Source: Lama guanicoe
Lineage: Eukaryota
Assembly: GCA_013239625.1 (NCBI GenBank)
Contig: MU056000.1
Coordinates: 13,467,175-13,531,174 of the forward strand
Direction of reading: 5' to 3'
Length of the DNA: 64,000 bases
In this document: one piece after another, positions 38,650 through 51,129 of the stretch
Numbering within the stretch: the first letter of the stretch is position 1
How the letters are laid out: the number at the start of each line of letters is the position of its first letter
Translations under genes and position numbers: made by a program
Notes under the pieces: generated by a model
The model's database searches: none
What the model was told of the DNA's origin: nothing
Seen by the model: the letters and a program-made list of their open reading frames with translations, nothing else

Positions 38650-41380
38650 CTCTCCACCCCTCAGCTTGCATAACATCTCACCTAAACAGACACAAGACTG
38701 CAGCAATGACAACAAAGCCATGAGAACAACAAAGAGAGAGTGTTCTTAGTGAACGAAGAGTTAACCATTCCTGAGAATATGAGGGCATGCTTATATTGTG
38801 CCCCCCAAAAAAAGAGAAATCAAGAGAATACATAAATATGTAAATTACACAGACAAGAAAATAACGCCTTTAATAAGCACCTCAGCATCCAGGTGGAAGA
38901 GGGGAGGCCGATGTCAGGCCAGGACCTCTCCCTTGCCCCTCTCTCAGTGGCACATGTCTCATTCAAGGTATAGTGAGTTTCAGCAGGTTCTGATTGCATC
39001 AGGACAACAGGATCCCAATGGAGACTGAGTAGCTCTCCCTCACACAGCGGAGGAAAGAGGTTCACCCATCCCAATGGGGCGTCTCATTGTAAATTCAGTA
39101 GATAGCACCTTTCCCAGGCATGTTGGGGCGTGGTGTTCTCAGCAGGCAGCACAGCACCAAGATCCATGGCGACAGTTGAGGCAATGGCTGTCTCCCATGA
39201 CTTCCATTCCTTTCCAGTGTTAGGTGCTTTATCACGGATCCCTAGTCTGGCATATGGGGCCAGAGGCCCTATTGATTGTTTGTTCGAATGTATTAAAGTC
39301 TGGGAGAAGTACATTAATTTACCTGGCCAAGGAGATTTTATCTGTTAGTAATTTAATCTGCTGCTTTAATATTCCATTTTTCCTTTCTTTCAACGTCATG
39401 ATCTTTTGCCTAATCTGGTACATCATGAACTTTGAAATACGACCACCCTCCAATTACTGCTATTTGATGAGTGTATTCATATATGGTACTCAGTTTCTGT
39501 AATCCCATAATGGCAACAGCCTGGTTTGCTTAGTGACAGGGGAAAACTTGAGTTAAACCAGACATGATGTCCACACAAACCAAGGCATATTTAGGCATAT
39601 TTACAACCCTCATTTGGAGGGAGAGGGCCAGTGTAACCCATTTGCCAGTCCCTCACTGATTGAGAGCTTCAGTGGATGGCCTCACTGGTGTTCGCCTTGG
39701 ACATGCTGTAGCTGCATTAACAGAATCACTCTATTTCAAGAGCGATCCTACATCCTTAGCAATACATCATCCCACTGAGGGACTATGAAGACTGCTCTTC
39801 CTGCGCACCTAATCTGTTGTACCCACTGAAGGGTCAGTTGCCGGGGCTCATCCCCAAGCAATGCCATATGGCATCAGCTTCCTATTTATCTGGGGGTGTC
39901 AGTGCCTTATGAGCCAGGATGTGGAAGGCAGTGAGGACTGCCTCAAGCTCTTACAGGAACGCCCAAATGTAGGGTCTTTCCACACAGCCCAACCCCACGA
40001 GGGCTTATTTGTAATCATCCACTCCTTGGCTTCCCATTTTCCAAGCCATGGGGTTAATCACATTAGAGCAGCCCAGCTGTCAGTGCAAAGGGTTAATGGT
40101 CGGGGCTCATGAGTTCTCACCGACCAAAGTCTCTGGGCTTTAGCCCACGGGCTGCTGTGGCTTCTTCCTGTTTCCATCCAGACGGCAGCAGTGTTGGGCT
40201 GAATAATGATCGCAGTTCATGTGGTTGGGCCAGACGCATCTGCACACCAGGCATCCGTGAAAACTTTCTCCCACTCCCTCCCTCCAGGCCGCAGGGGCTG
40301 CCAAAGGAGCGGAGGTGGGGGAACTGGGAGGGTCTACACATTCTAAGAGGCCTGGTTGCAGCCATATTTCTAGAGACAGTGGGCTGGCAGACAGGGTGCG
40401 CTCCTGCTGTTAACTAGGCAGGTCACTGATTCAAGGTGGGAGTTTGAGCCACTGCAGAGGTGGGTTAATGGACAGTATTCTCAACATACCCTTGATAAGG
40501 GGGAAGTTCTTACTCTGACACGCTGTTCCTTCCTTTTCAACTACTGCGGTATTGTGTCTCAAGGGATGAGCGTATCTCATGGTTTTTACACAGTCATCTC
40601 CATAGGATCTGGATATCTTCTTTCTGCAGTGAATTGTTTCCCTCAGGAATATTCTGAATGCATATTATCTATTAATAAGATAATCAGTGCATAGTTTTAA
40701 TGTTGTTGGAAGATATTTTCTCAAAGATTCCCAGTTCTCCTTTTCTTCCAATGACTCAGAGTCTGAGAATTGAGCTGGGTCTGGAAAGTGAGAGGTCATT
40801 GTCTTTTTCAAGGCAAATTAAATCTATGCCAGTGTTGTTTCCTTATTAAACAGATCAAGTAATATCTTGCGGGTTGCTTCATTTATAAACTAGGGACCTA
40901 ACGATGGATTATCCACCACCAAAGAGCTCAGCAGTGGTCAACCTGAATACAGACATCATGTTCACCTTGTTTCTGAAGGCTAACAGCTGTCACCTGGCCT
41001 CAGCAGCCCTCAAATCCCTTATCTTTACAGAAATAAGAAATCTTGTTTCAACTGCAATATATTTTACCTACAGAGAACAACCATGGTGGCACATTACAAA
41101 GATGCTGTCACGCCTCTGGCCAATAAATTTATCAACTGTAAGGTTAAAATGGTACCTTCTGGGCCTGTTTAAGAGATGCATTAAGGGGTTAGGTAATATT
41201 ACTATTTCCCTAAGTCTTTAGATGCTTCATTCTCCTCTCAGCAAGTAATTTCTGTCTTTCAGCTTCATTTATAGGAGGCCACAGTTGCGTAGAGAGTTCA
41301 GTTAATCAACCAAGCAAACAATTAGAACATCTGTCTGTGTATTGAACTAGCGGATTGCAATCACAATCTTTGGTAAGTGT
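38650..41380 (-). mobile_element. Class III ERV internal region (ERV3-16A3/HERV16-like), decayed pol plus gag-like segment
   Basis: Minus-strand translation gives RNase H (AWCADAS..VWMETGRSHSSPWA..LCTDSWAA ~40050-40255; LTAFHILAHK..EADA ~39860-39950) and integrase core (DWQMGYTGPLPP..ALVCVDIMSGLTQVFPC ~39540-39650); many stops and frameshifts. Confidence 0.8.
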
Positions 41381-41384
41381 GCTT

Positions 41385-43085
41385 GTGTTAGCCAAATTCT
41401 CTAGAAGCAGATTCTGAGATGGGAACTTATAAATATTCGATTTATTAATGGAATGTTACAGCAAAAATTGGTAACGAAGTGAAGGAAGCAGGATAAGAAA
41501 GGGGAAGAAGCTATAAAAATGTAGTCTCACATAAAATTTAGAACAGTTATATACGTAACTTACTGACGAGCGTCTTGTACATCTGTGCAAATGTAGAGAT
41601 TACGGGGCTCAGTTCTACGGTTACTGGCAGTTCAGACATTCAAGAGAACTAGTAGCTGGATCAGCCTTATTGATCAGCACACTGATGGGCGTTGGCGTTG
41701 ACTTGACCTTGGCCACCTGTGTACCTTATTGCACAGTCTGTCAGGTGACCAAGGGAAGAGACCTGTAAGCCTTGGCCAAAACATTCTGTCCATTTGTTTT
41801 CCTGGGGTTTTTGTTTGTTTTGCTTTGTTTTTGTGCTTTTTCTATAGTGAATGCTTTCTGGCATGTATTAATGGGCAACACAAAAACAGGTACAATTTCA
41901 TTAGTCTGTCTTTATCATTATTTCCCGAACATCTGGTCTACAATTGTAAATCTGACTTCTCCCGGGTTCTTGACCAGTGAAGCCATTTGTAAATTCACGT
42001 GAATCCACTGTGCATCCTATATTCAGGACGCTTTCTCTCCACAGCAAGTAAGCGACCAGGTATACTGCCAAAGCACCAAGCACTAGAGAACAACCTACCT
42101 CCAGTGGCTCTTCAGACCACATCCATGTCTATCAGCAGCATAGCAGTGGATCCTTTTCAGCCCACAACAACCTGCCAAGTTAATGCATTTACAGACCAAG
42201 ACTAAGATGTTCGTTCTACACTCAGCTTATGTAAGAAATATTTCATGAGGCTATACGTATGACAACAGTGTTGGTACAACAGTGACGAGTGAGTATTGGA
42301 ACTACCTGTTTATACAGCTTACACATGCCGGGTACCAAATGTGTGACTTTCATCTTATGATGGATACTGCCACGCCAACTCAACAGCTCAATGATGTAGT
42401 GACTCTGAAAAGATGTAGCAAATGAGGGGAAGCTTGACTTGCAAGGTCATTTGCAAACCGTGGCCAGGAGCTCAGTCTCTACCAAGCCTTACTAACATGA
42501 CAGGAGCTGCTTTTGAATATTGTATCATTATCTGTTGCAAATGGTTACAGAATCCTACAGCTTAGCAATAAAATTCTTTTTTTTTTTTTTTGGCTTGCCA
42601 GAGACACTACACAAAAAGTTTATCTACCGTGGATACTTCCATTACTATAGTATCTGATAAATCATATGGCTAAAGTGACATTTTGCTTGTACTTGATTGG
42701 ATTCCACTGGAAATCTACAGACATTCACATCACTTAATAAAAGAATACGAGAGTATTTCCAAAGGTAGAATTATACTATCTCCAAACTACAGAAGTTGAG
42801 ATGTGTGTTCTTACTTTTTAGTGGTAAGGCATTTAATAACAGTTACTTTATCTTGGAGAAGTTATCCGAGTGCCCTCAAGAATACTGTAATGCTAAAATG
42901 CTCCCTACTCCATCAGGGGGCCAGAACTTTCTATCCAGCTCACAGTATGTCATTGGCTAAGGCCTGAGAGATGAAGGATTCTAACTCCCAAAGGACTCTA
43001 GACAGCATGGCTTGAATTGCCCAAGGACAACATTTCTGAGAAGTGTGCAGATTTTATTCATCAACCTCGGGTGTCTGCTGCAGCA
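41385..43085 (-). mobile_element. LTR16/LTR33-like LTR in two pieces (~41385-41545 and ~42930-43085)
   Basis: tctctagaagcagattctgagatgg..tttatt..aaggaagcagga at the left; ggtgtctgctgca terminus at the right. Confidence 0.55.
41560..42920 (-). mobile_element. ERV-L (HERVL/MERVL-like) pol fragment: RT thumb, RNase H, integrase Zn-binding region
   Basis: Minus strand LAVYLVAYLLWRE..VDSREFTNGFTG (cf. ERV-L AVHLVVHFAWKE..TDSWAVANGLAG) and LINKADPATSSLECLNCQ (cf. LTKADLATATAECPICQ). Confidence 0.75.
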
Positions 43086-43190
43086 TTAAAATCAATATTT
43101 AGTCTAACTAATCTAAAATTAAGGTTTTCTTTCTGATTATGTTTACTGGAAATTAATACATGTCACACATGCAGTTCATGGTATGTTTTT

Positions 43191-43195
<5 letters not shown>

Positions 43196-43225
<30 letters not shown>
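43196..43225. repeat. (CA)n microsatellite
   Basis: acacacacacacacacacacacacacat. Confidence 0.95.
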
Positions 43226-43226
<1 letters not shown>

Positions 43227-43614
43227 TATAAATATAGATAAGGAAATCTCTCAATTATTCTTTTTGTGAATAAGCTGTCTTTTCCTGAGTTTGACTTTGC
43301 AATTACAATTAGTCCCCACGGGTAAGTTCTGGTCTTGCTCTTATTATAGGTTTAGAGAAAATGAGACATTAGGGGGAGGTGAAATTAAGATCTTTGGATT
43401 CTCCTTGCGAGGACAGCCGCCTCGGGTGTGGTGAGTTCAGCATTCTAAAGCAATGCAGACATGGCTTTGTCAAATGGCTAAAAGGATGAACACACAGAAC
43501 TACTCTGGCTGACAAAATATGATCAGCTGGGTTCCTGGACTCAATTCTCATAAATCTTTTGCCTATGACCCCTGTTCACTGTTCAAGTCTCATCTTTACT
43601 GATAAATGACTTAC

Positions 43615-44243
43615 TGTGGGAGCCCATGATTGGGTTAACACATTGTAACAGACCCCAGCCGCTCATCTCCTTGAAGAAGATGTGCTTAGTAACTGCCTTG
43701 TTTGCATAGTTGAGGTTTTAGCAACCAGGCCCCGTCTATAAACGCTGGGCGTGCCTGCTGTTAGATAGTCTTCTATCCCCAAAACAGCCTTGGGCTGGAT
43801 GGTAAACAACTTATAAAAAGCTGCAGACTCAGAGGTGAGAAGGCTGGTTAGCCAAGGACGGGTAAGATCCCCTGAGGGGAGCAACCTAAGACAGGCACAG
43901 CCGCCTGAGTCCAAGTTGCTAAGCAGCTGATTTTCGTACTTCCTCCCTGATAAGCTGAAAGACTCAACACCAACTTGATTCACCAAAAAGGGTCTTCTGA
44001 CCTTGAGCCAAACACCAACAATAAACAAAGCCCTTGTACTCGTTGTGATCCCACCCTGTCCTTCCCTAAGTTCCTGCATTCCTCCTTTGATTGTACACAA
44101 TAAATATGGGAGCATTTGAGAGGTTCCTTGAGTTGGCTCCCGGCTCCCTCTCGCTCTCATGACTTTTCCACAGTCTTGAGTGATTCATTTAGTGTCGGTG
44201 GGAATTCTGCTGGCCAGAACCCACAACTGGTGACGAACCCACA
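43615..44243 (+). mobile_element. Young solo LTR, betaretrovirus-like (ERV2)
   Basis: Inverted termini TGTGGG..CCCACA; perfect 6-bp TSD ACTTAC (43609-43614, 44244-44249); caacctaagacaggcac motif (43882-43898), recalled from ungulate ERV2 LTRs; TATAAAA 43812; AATAAA 44020 and 44099; CpGs retained. Confidence 0.9.
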
Positions 44244-44924
44244 ACTTACCTTTCATGGAGTAACTCCAATGAGACTGGGAAAGAAACTGACTTAATTTGG
44301 CAGCCCAAAAAAGCAAGTCCACAACGTGAATTTTGGCTTTTGAACACTATATCTGGGAGAGGGAAGATTCGTTCAGGAGAGAGATAGGCTCTTTGCCTTT
44401 GACTTTATTTTCATATGAGAATTCAGGACTTTTCTTTCTCATTATTTAACTTATCTGTATACTTAGAAAGGACCAAATCAACTCTGTAGTTTTTAATACT
44501 TTATATCCTTGATACTATTCCTTATTGATTGATATTATGTTCCCAAAATCTTGCCTTCATTTTGCGCATCTTTCTAAATGCTGTATGTGATAATGTAACT
44601 GCTTAATTCTGTATGAGATGGGTCCATAATGTGCTCTTCTGTAATGAAAGCATGATTTTCTTTGCATCACAACCAAGCAGGTCCAAAAACCAATTCTCCA
44701 TTTGCTTTTTTTTTGGGGGGGAGGGGTGTCTTTTACCTGCAGCATTCTTGGTACTAGTTTACTTATCAGTCACTGTTCTTTACTGAAAACAATATAAATT
44801 ATCCCATACAAATTAAACAAAAATTTATTTTTAAATGTCCGTATTTAGTGAATGTCTACATTGTCTTGAAAGTAAAAGTTGAATGCTAGAGAGTTTAAAA
44901 AAAATTACACACCCCAAATTACAC

Positions 44925-45270
44925 CATGGGCTGTTCAGCTGGTGACACATTTCTGTTGTCAGGGAGCATGGATGTTAAAACACCATTACTCATACTGGAC
45001 TCTGGATCCTGCCACTGCTGACTCTGAAAGCTGAATAACCCTCCTGCTACCCCATCAGGATAAAATCTCTATACGGCCTATTTTACAGGTTTGCTAACTT
45101 CTAAATTAGGTATATCTGACTGGCATAGTTACACAAGAGGCTGGGGAAAAAATGAATTACAGGCCCTGGTCATGCAAAATTATGCACTCATAAGAGGAAA
45201 TTTTCCAAAATACAGGGAAGGTGCTCAAAAATGCTTATTGACCAAAGAGCGTGTCAAATGGCCAATATGT
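44925..45270 (-). mobile_element. Old MLT1-like LTR fragment
   Basis: ctgccactgctgactctg..tatctgactggc..caaatggccaatat. Confidence 0.45.
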
Positions 45271-45599
45271 TGAAAAATCTAAAAGATGAATCTATCAAAG
45301 GAAATTCTCATTGGTATTTAAGTACAATATAAGGCAGAGCTTATAAGAAAAAGGAAATAATATATAAGAAGAGACAAAATGAAAGTAGGACAGAGTAGCA
45401 GGAATATAGACGTACAAGGAGTAACTATAGTGAGGCCAGTTCGGAGAGGGCACCCAGAACAAAGGGTCAGGCCAGATAAGCAAGCAACCAGGAACTACAT
45501 CGCACAAGACGTTACGAGCCTCGTTAAGGCAATGGACTCCACACACTGGGAAATGCCAAGAACTATGAGATGCCTGAAATTGTACCCCACTTGGAATCT

Positions 45600-46068
45600 G
45601 TCAAGCTTCAGGGGTGCCAATTTCACAGATGCTTATATAAAACACAGAACTTCTGAAAGAGACATGAGGGACTATTTACCATTCACAGTAGTGACAGTAG
45701 TCAGAGTTATCACCATTTCCGTGCCAGTTCCCTAAGTGTGAATTCCCATAGGACTATGTAAAGAAGTCCAGATGGCATCTGTCCATGCAGTGTCATGAAT
45801 TACAGGAGGGAAATGCTGAGTTTAGGGTGCCAAAATGTTTTATTTTGGGAGTAAGCTTGCTTGCTTTTGCTCCAGAGGAAGGTATTGTCTTTATTTTAGT
45901 AGTATGCCTGTTTTCTGCTCCAGAAGAGGACGTTATCTTTACCTGCGAAGGTTATTCACCACTCAGATATATCTGAAAAGAGCACAAGACAAAAGGCAGC
46001 CCATACATCTGGTTGGAAGGCATGGGGAAATGTGGAAGGGCCAGGGAGAATTGCTAAGTATTTCCACA
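45600..46068 (-). mobile_element. Old LTR (ERVL/ERV1, family uncertain)
   Basis: Ends in ttccaca; internal duplicated unit gctccaga.ga.g...t.tcttta at ~45860-45945. Confidence 0.45.
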
Positions 46069-46458
46069 TGAAAATATTAGATCGATAAATCTCCTTTTTC
46101 TTCATCTTTTCCCCCCTAAATTTCCTGTGAAGAATGACTTAAGGACACCTTTCTTGAATAAAGTAAATGAGAGTACTGGAGAACAATTTTAAAAAGAAGG
46201 GGAAGTTATACATTGGTTAAGAAAAAGGAAGCGCAGAGCTACATAGAAATGAAAGTATAAAGAAAATTATAACCTAGTATTTTATCTCAACATATGATTG
46301 TGTGTGTAATAATTACAGAAATAAGATCTTTACATATATTCTTCACGTACAAGTACTGATAAGCACTAATACTAAAAATGCAAAGACCTATTCATATCAG
46401 GTTAAAAAGTAACACACAAACACACACTGGCAAATACATAGCACAGACCCTGCAGATT

Positions 46459-46962
46459 TGTAAACGCAATGGGAAAGAACAAATCTCACTCCACATTGGA
46501 TCTGTTTCTTTTACTGTAACCTTTGCATTCTATTGCTTTTGCTACAAGTTAGGAATGTTGCCTATAGCTTGAAATATACAGGATAGCCCATTCTCAGGAC
46601 TCTGACCTTTAACAGGATAACACTTTTTCATTCATATAGAGATACAAATTTGCAGAACAGGGAATAACATTTGTTCCGTTGGAGGTTTACAGAAACATCA
46701 TGACCTGACCTATGTGGACAACTGCAAGAACAAAGAATTCTCACACCAAAAAGTTTGCCAACAACCAACCACACTCCCTCCCCTTTTAGTATAAAAGAAG
46801 CCTGTATTTTAACTTAGGGAAGTTGGTTCTTTGGGACACTCACTGACCATCTTCTCAGTCTTTTGGCTTTCTGAATAAAGTCATTATTCTTCGCCCAGCA
46901 AATTGTCTTTTGATTTACTGACCTATTGTTCAGTGAGCAGTGTGAGCTTGGACTCAGTAACC
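46459..46962 (+). mobile_element. Solo LTR, ERV1 (MER41-like)
   Basis: TG start with ctcactccacattgga; TATA (tagtataaaag ~46788); ctgaataaagtc poly-A signal; end gtgagcagtgtgagcttggactcagtaac; no clear TSD. Confidence 0.78.
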
Positions 46963-49463
46963 AACAATACGAATATATCTATAAATCTATATTTATCTAT
47001 CTCTTTATACACATATGTAAATATGTCAACCTCTATGTGTGTATATATCCATCTTCCATAGGTGAAAATTGATTTAATTTAATTTAATTTAGCTATTGTT
47101 GGGTTACTTACCGTACAAAAGACTTTATTTCATTGTGAATAAAAGTTTTAAGTGAACCATGCATATTCTACCTTTATCCATCTCTACCCTGCACATCAGA
47201 TATTTCTAGGAGAAAATCAAGGAACCCAGACTGGAGATATTCAGGAAACTTTTTAAAGTATGTTACTATTTTGGTGAGAGAATTGCAATTGTAAATTGCA
47301 CCTAAGACTATTTACTTTAAGGGTGGAGAACAAAAGACAAGGGACATGTGTGTTATCTAGATTTTTGAATCGAGTTATGGTTTTATTTTCAGCTAAAGCT
47401 GCTTTCAGAAAGTCTAAGCTTTATTTTCTAGTCATTCCCACAATCACAGCCTGAAGCTCTGGCTATCATTGTTTCTCTGAAGCTGATCACTGCTGCTCTC
47501 CACTGTCTTTACTGTTTATATTATTCATACTCTCCTCCTTCTCTATGAGTTCTCTAAGGGTGTTTATCTTCCATGTTAAAAAATATAGGTCTTTTAGAGG
47601 CTCCACAGGCAAGCTGAAAATGTAATAGTCACACATATATATAAGTATACATCTTAAATATTTTATCCATCCCAAAGTTTGGGGGCTCAACAAGTGCACT
47701 TTTTTAATGAGATTTTATTGTTGCTATTGTTACTGCTGCTCTTTCCTCATTGTTTCATTTGCTAACAAAGGATACATCATGCTAGAGTTATGAATGCTTC
47801 AAAATACTCAGTCTCCTGTAAACCCAGAGTCATAGAATTCTACTTGGTTTCTGTTTTCCTAATAGTGCGTCAGAATTCATGCAGATATTTAAAACCTGTT
47901 TCTTCCCTCAGATTCACTTCCTGATTATTCACCAATAGTATTAGAATTTTATCCTTAATAAATTTATAATGTTTCTAAATGAAAATCTTGTTTTTATGGA
48001 ACAGTGCAACTGTCCTTAATATGGAATGTAAATTCATTCCATTTATAAATTTATTTGAATCTTCCTTCTGTTTTCTTGATGACATGTTACTGTTTGCATA
48101 ATGTGGTTTACTTCTAGATATAATGTGATATTTTTCAAGTGTTGTATTTCCATAAAAGCTTGTTTATTTTACATGCTTGTCTTGTCAAGAATAAGACCTT
48201 GAAAAATTAATATCCTAAATGATAAACCTTAAATAAGATGGCATGTAAAGTTTCCTACAATTAGGTTCTTGAGGCGGGAGATATGACAAAGTTGTACATG
48301 TTAATTAACCTTCAGAGAAGCTTTATTTTTTAACTTTGAAGACTATAGAAAACTATAATGAATAAGCCTGAGGTGCCTAGTTTAATTTAGAAATTCTGTT
48401 TTTTTGGAAATCACTAGGAAATAATTTTTCTGGCCAACAAATGATTTTCAGCTATTCAAATACTTTATAACTTCCCTGGAATTGCTTTTTGCCAATGCCT
48501 TTTGCCTGAGCAGGAGGGAACATCTTAGTGAACTTGGTCCCCTCAAGCACTGAGCTGACATACAAAGTTAGACGTTAGGTTACATAATGTAATTGGACCT
48601 GACTCTTCCTGGCTCAATTGCTATTTTGTCCTCCAGCTTTTTTTTTTTTCTCCTCCTCATTTTTTTTTTTAAACCTGACATATACATAACTAATGTCAGA
48701 AATAAAACATCCCTCTAATTCCAATAATGTCTTAACATATTTTTCTTAAACACAAGTGTTTTGCTTTTTAAACCCTAGGCTTTGGGCAAAACTGCTATAC
48801 TATACATATTTGTTTTCCTACCTCATTCCAGGTATCTGCAGCACGGCCCATCTTTCTGGGGTCTAGCTATCTAGCTGGAAGTCAGTTTTGGCAGGCTTAA
48901 GATGTTAGTTGGTACTACTTCAGAGCCTCATACCCACAGAAATTTCACAGATTAAATGGGACACTAGAAATAAACAGAGTCTTAAGACCCGAAAGAAAGA
49001 ATTGTTAATGGTAAATAATCAGGGAAAACGATGAACTGTGATCCTACCCAGTAAAATCTCTCTTATTTAGAATCAGTAAACAGTAATTTAATTTAAAAAG
49101 TTAAATAAAGTGAAAAATTAAAATAACATATAGATACTTTTGTGAACATTAATAAAGAGACTTCAATGAAAGAGAGCTGGGAGACCAGCAGGGGGACCCC
49201 TCACTCTCTGCAATGCTAGCAAAGCAGGAAGTAGAAAGACCCTTCTTTCCAGGCAATGACTTGGCCAATGAAAAACCGCAGACTGTTTGTCTGCTATAGT
49301 CCTCCCAACTTCCCTTCCACCTCTGTAAACATGTTCTCCTTCCTTTGCTGTGCAGAGACTTGCATGCAGCTGAACCCAAATAGAAGTTCTCTGCTGATCC
49401 TGAATAAATCAACGTTCTTGTTGAAGAAGTAACTGGCAGTCTATTTGTTTTAGGTCACCCTTT

Positions 49464-49481
49464 TGGTGGCCCATTCAAGAA
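49464..49481 (+). promoter_or_regulatory. Primer-binding site, tRNA-Ile-like (degenerate)
   Basis: tggtggcccattcaagaa just after the 5' LTR vs recalled tRNA-Ile complement TGGTGGCCCGTACGGGGA (13/18; two mismatches at CpG positions). Confidence 0.6.
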
Positions 49482-50029
49482 CTAGAGAAGCCCTCTAAAG
49501 ACTCCGAGACTGGAGGCAAACAGGCGCAGGACTCACAATTAAACCCGCCACGCTCGCTGCTTTCCTTACTGACCCTAATTTTGAAGGTAAGTCTTTCTCC
49601 TGGATCCCAGCATACACCCTCTTTGCATTTGAATCTCTCCAGGCTTTGTTGAGGATCTGCTTACAGCTTTTGTTTCTGTGACCTTGTTCCATATGCACGT
49701 ACTCAGTCGGCACACTGGGCCCATTTTGAGGTCAGACTGTTTCCGCTGAATCTGGCTGAGCAGCTTTGGGCTCATTTCTTTGGGGACAAGGATTGTTTCA
49801 CTGAAATTGTGCTATTGTCTAGACATCAGTCTGTCCCTTTGGAATATGGACTGTGCTCTGGAACTGGCTAAGAAACTTTCAGCCTAGGTCTTCTCGGACC
49901 TAAGTGTTGCCTTTGAACTGGCTGGTATTAGACCTGTAGGCTGTTTGAGATGTTTGAATTGTTTGCGCTCTTTGAGCTGTAAATAGTTTGAAAAGTCTTC
50001 TTTTACTCTAAAGAACAAACCTCTAGGAA

Positions 50030-51000
50030 ATGGGATCCTTGTTATCAAAATATTTTGAAGGCAACCCCCATAGACAAGGGCTCTGGTCAATTTTATCTTT
50101 AAAAACTGGGTTCTACCTTATATACATATGAACCTAACTGATATATAAGTGACTTTTATGGTTTACTTTTGATATGTTCAACTCATTTTTTTAAACCGAA
50201 TTGGACTATAATAGCCCTAACATTTTCAGAAATGAATGGAATGCCTATTGTAATTATGAATTAGAGGCTTCCAAATGTTACCCAAAGCTTAAAAATGAAG
50301 CTGAATTGTGAATCATTGTCAAAGATTTTTCTAAAGTAACTAATAATCCTCACAGATTTGCTGAAGAATTTAATATAGTTACTCAAACTTATCACGTTGA
50401 TTTCTCTGACTTATATGAGCTGACTTATATATGCTTGTTGGTGAAGATCAGGCCCAGCACTGGATGAAAATCACTAATAGAAAAAGTTCTCTAGAAAAAG
50501 TCTCTAGAATTAGAACTAACTTATTATATAATCAGGCTGGGCCCATTGCTAGGTAACTTCATTGAGCAATTCTTAGGGATTTTCCAAAGCACGTTGACTG
50601 GAACAAAAACCAAGGTTGCATTTAAAAATTGGGTGAACCTGTTCATAACAATTACAATTGACTTCAGATTGTTTTTAAAGAACATTCTAGTCTTTCTTCG
50701 GATGTTGATTCCAGCCAGCTAGCTTTAACTCTATGTTTATTAATGGGCTGAGCCAGGATCTTTCCCTTCTAGGAAGAAGCACCAGGATGGAATGAGAAAC
50801 AAGGTCCACTTCAAATGTAGTAAATCCGGCAAACCAGCTTTCTCTCACTCTAGATGAGTCACCTAAAAGGAAGACCACAAAAATCCTTAATCTTTAACTT
50901 CAGCAACCAAAGGCCCCTAAACAAAAGCAAAAGTCTCCTAGTTTCTGCTATTAATGCAAAGATCCAGGACATCAGAAAATAGACTGTTAGAAATTAAGTG
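50030..51000 (+). pseudogene. gag: ERV gag remnant
   Basis: MGSLLSK myristoylation-type start at 50030; capsid-like NPHRFAEEFNIVTQTY..FSDLYEL; CCHC knuckle C-Y-*-C-K-D-P-G-H-Q-K-I-D-C at 50946-50987; multiple stops. Confidence 0.85.
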
Positions 51001-51129
51001 CTTCCGGGGACTTTAGCCCTGTAAGAAGCCTTTCCAAAGTCTCCGCAATTCACTATGGCAAGGCTTCGAGTAACTACAGGGGATTTTTCCCAATCCTGCC
51101 TCTCAACTGACTTGAGAAAACATTCCGTC

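Noticed and set aside
43663..44160. Longest ORF in the track (165 aa, minus strand)
   Set aside because: Lies wholly antisense within the solo LTR and has no recognisable domain.
46459..46962. Interferon-inducible STAT1 enhancer, as in primate MER41B
   Set aside because: I found no intact TTCnnnGAA GAS motif by eye.
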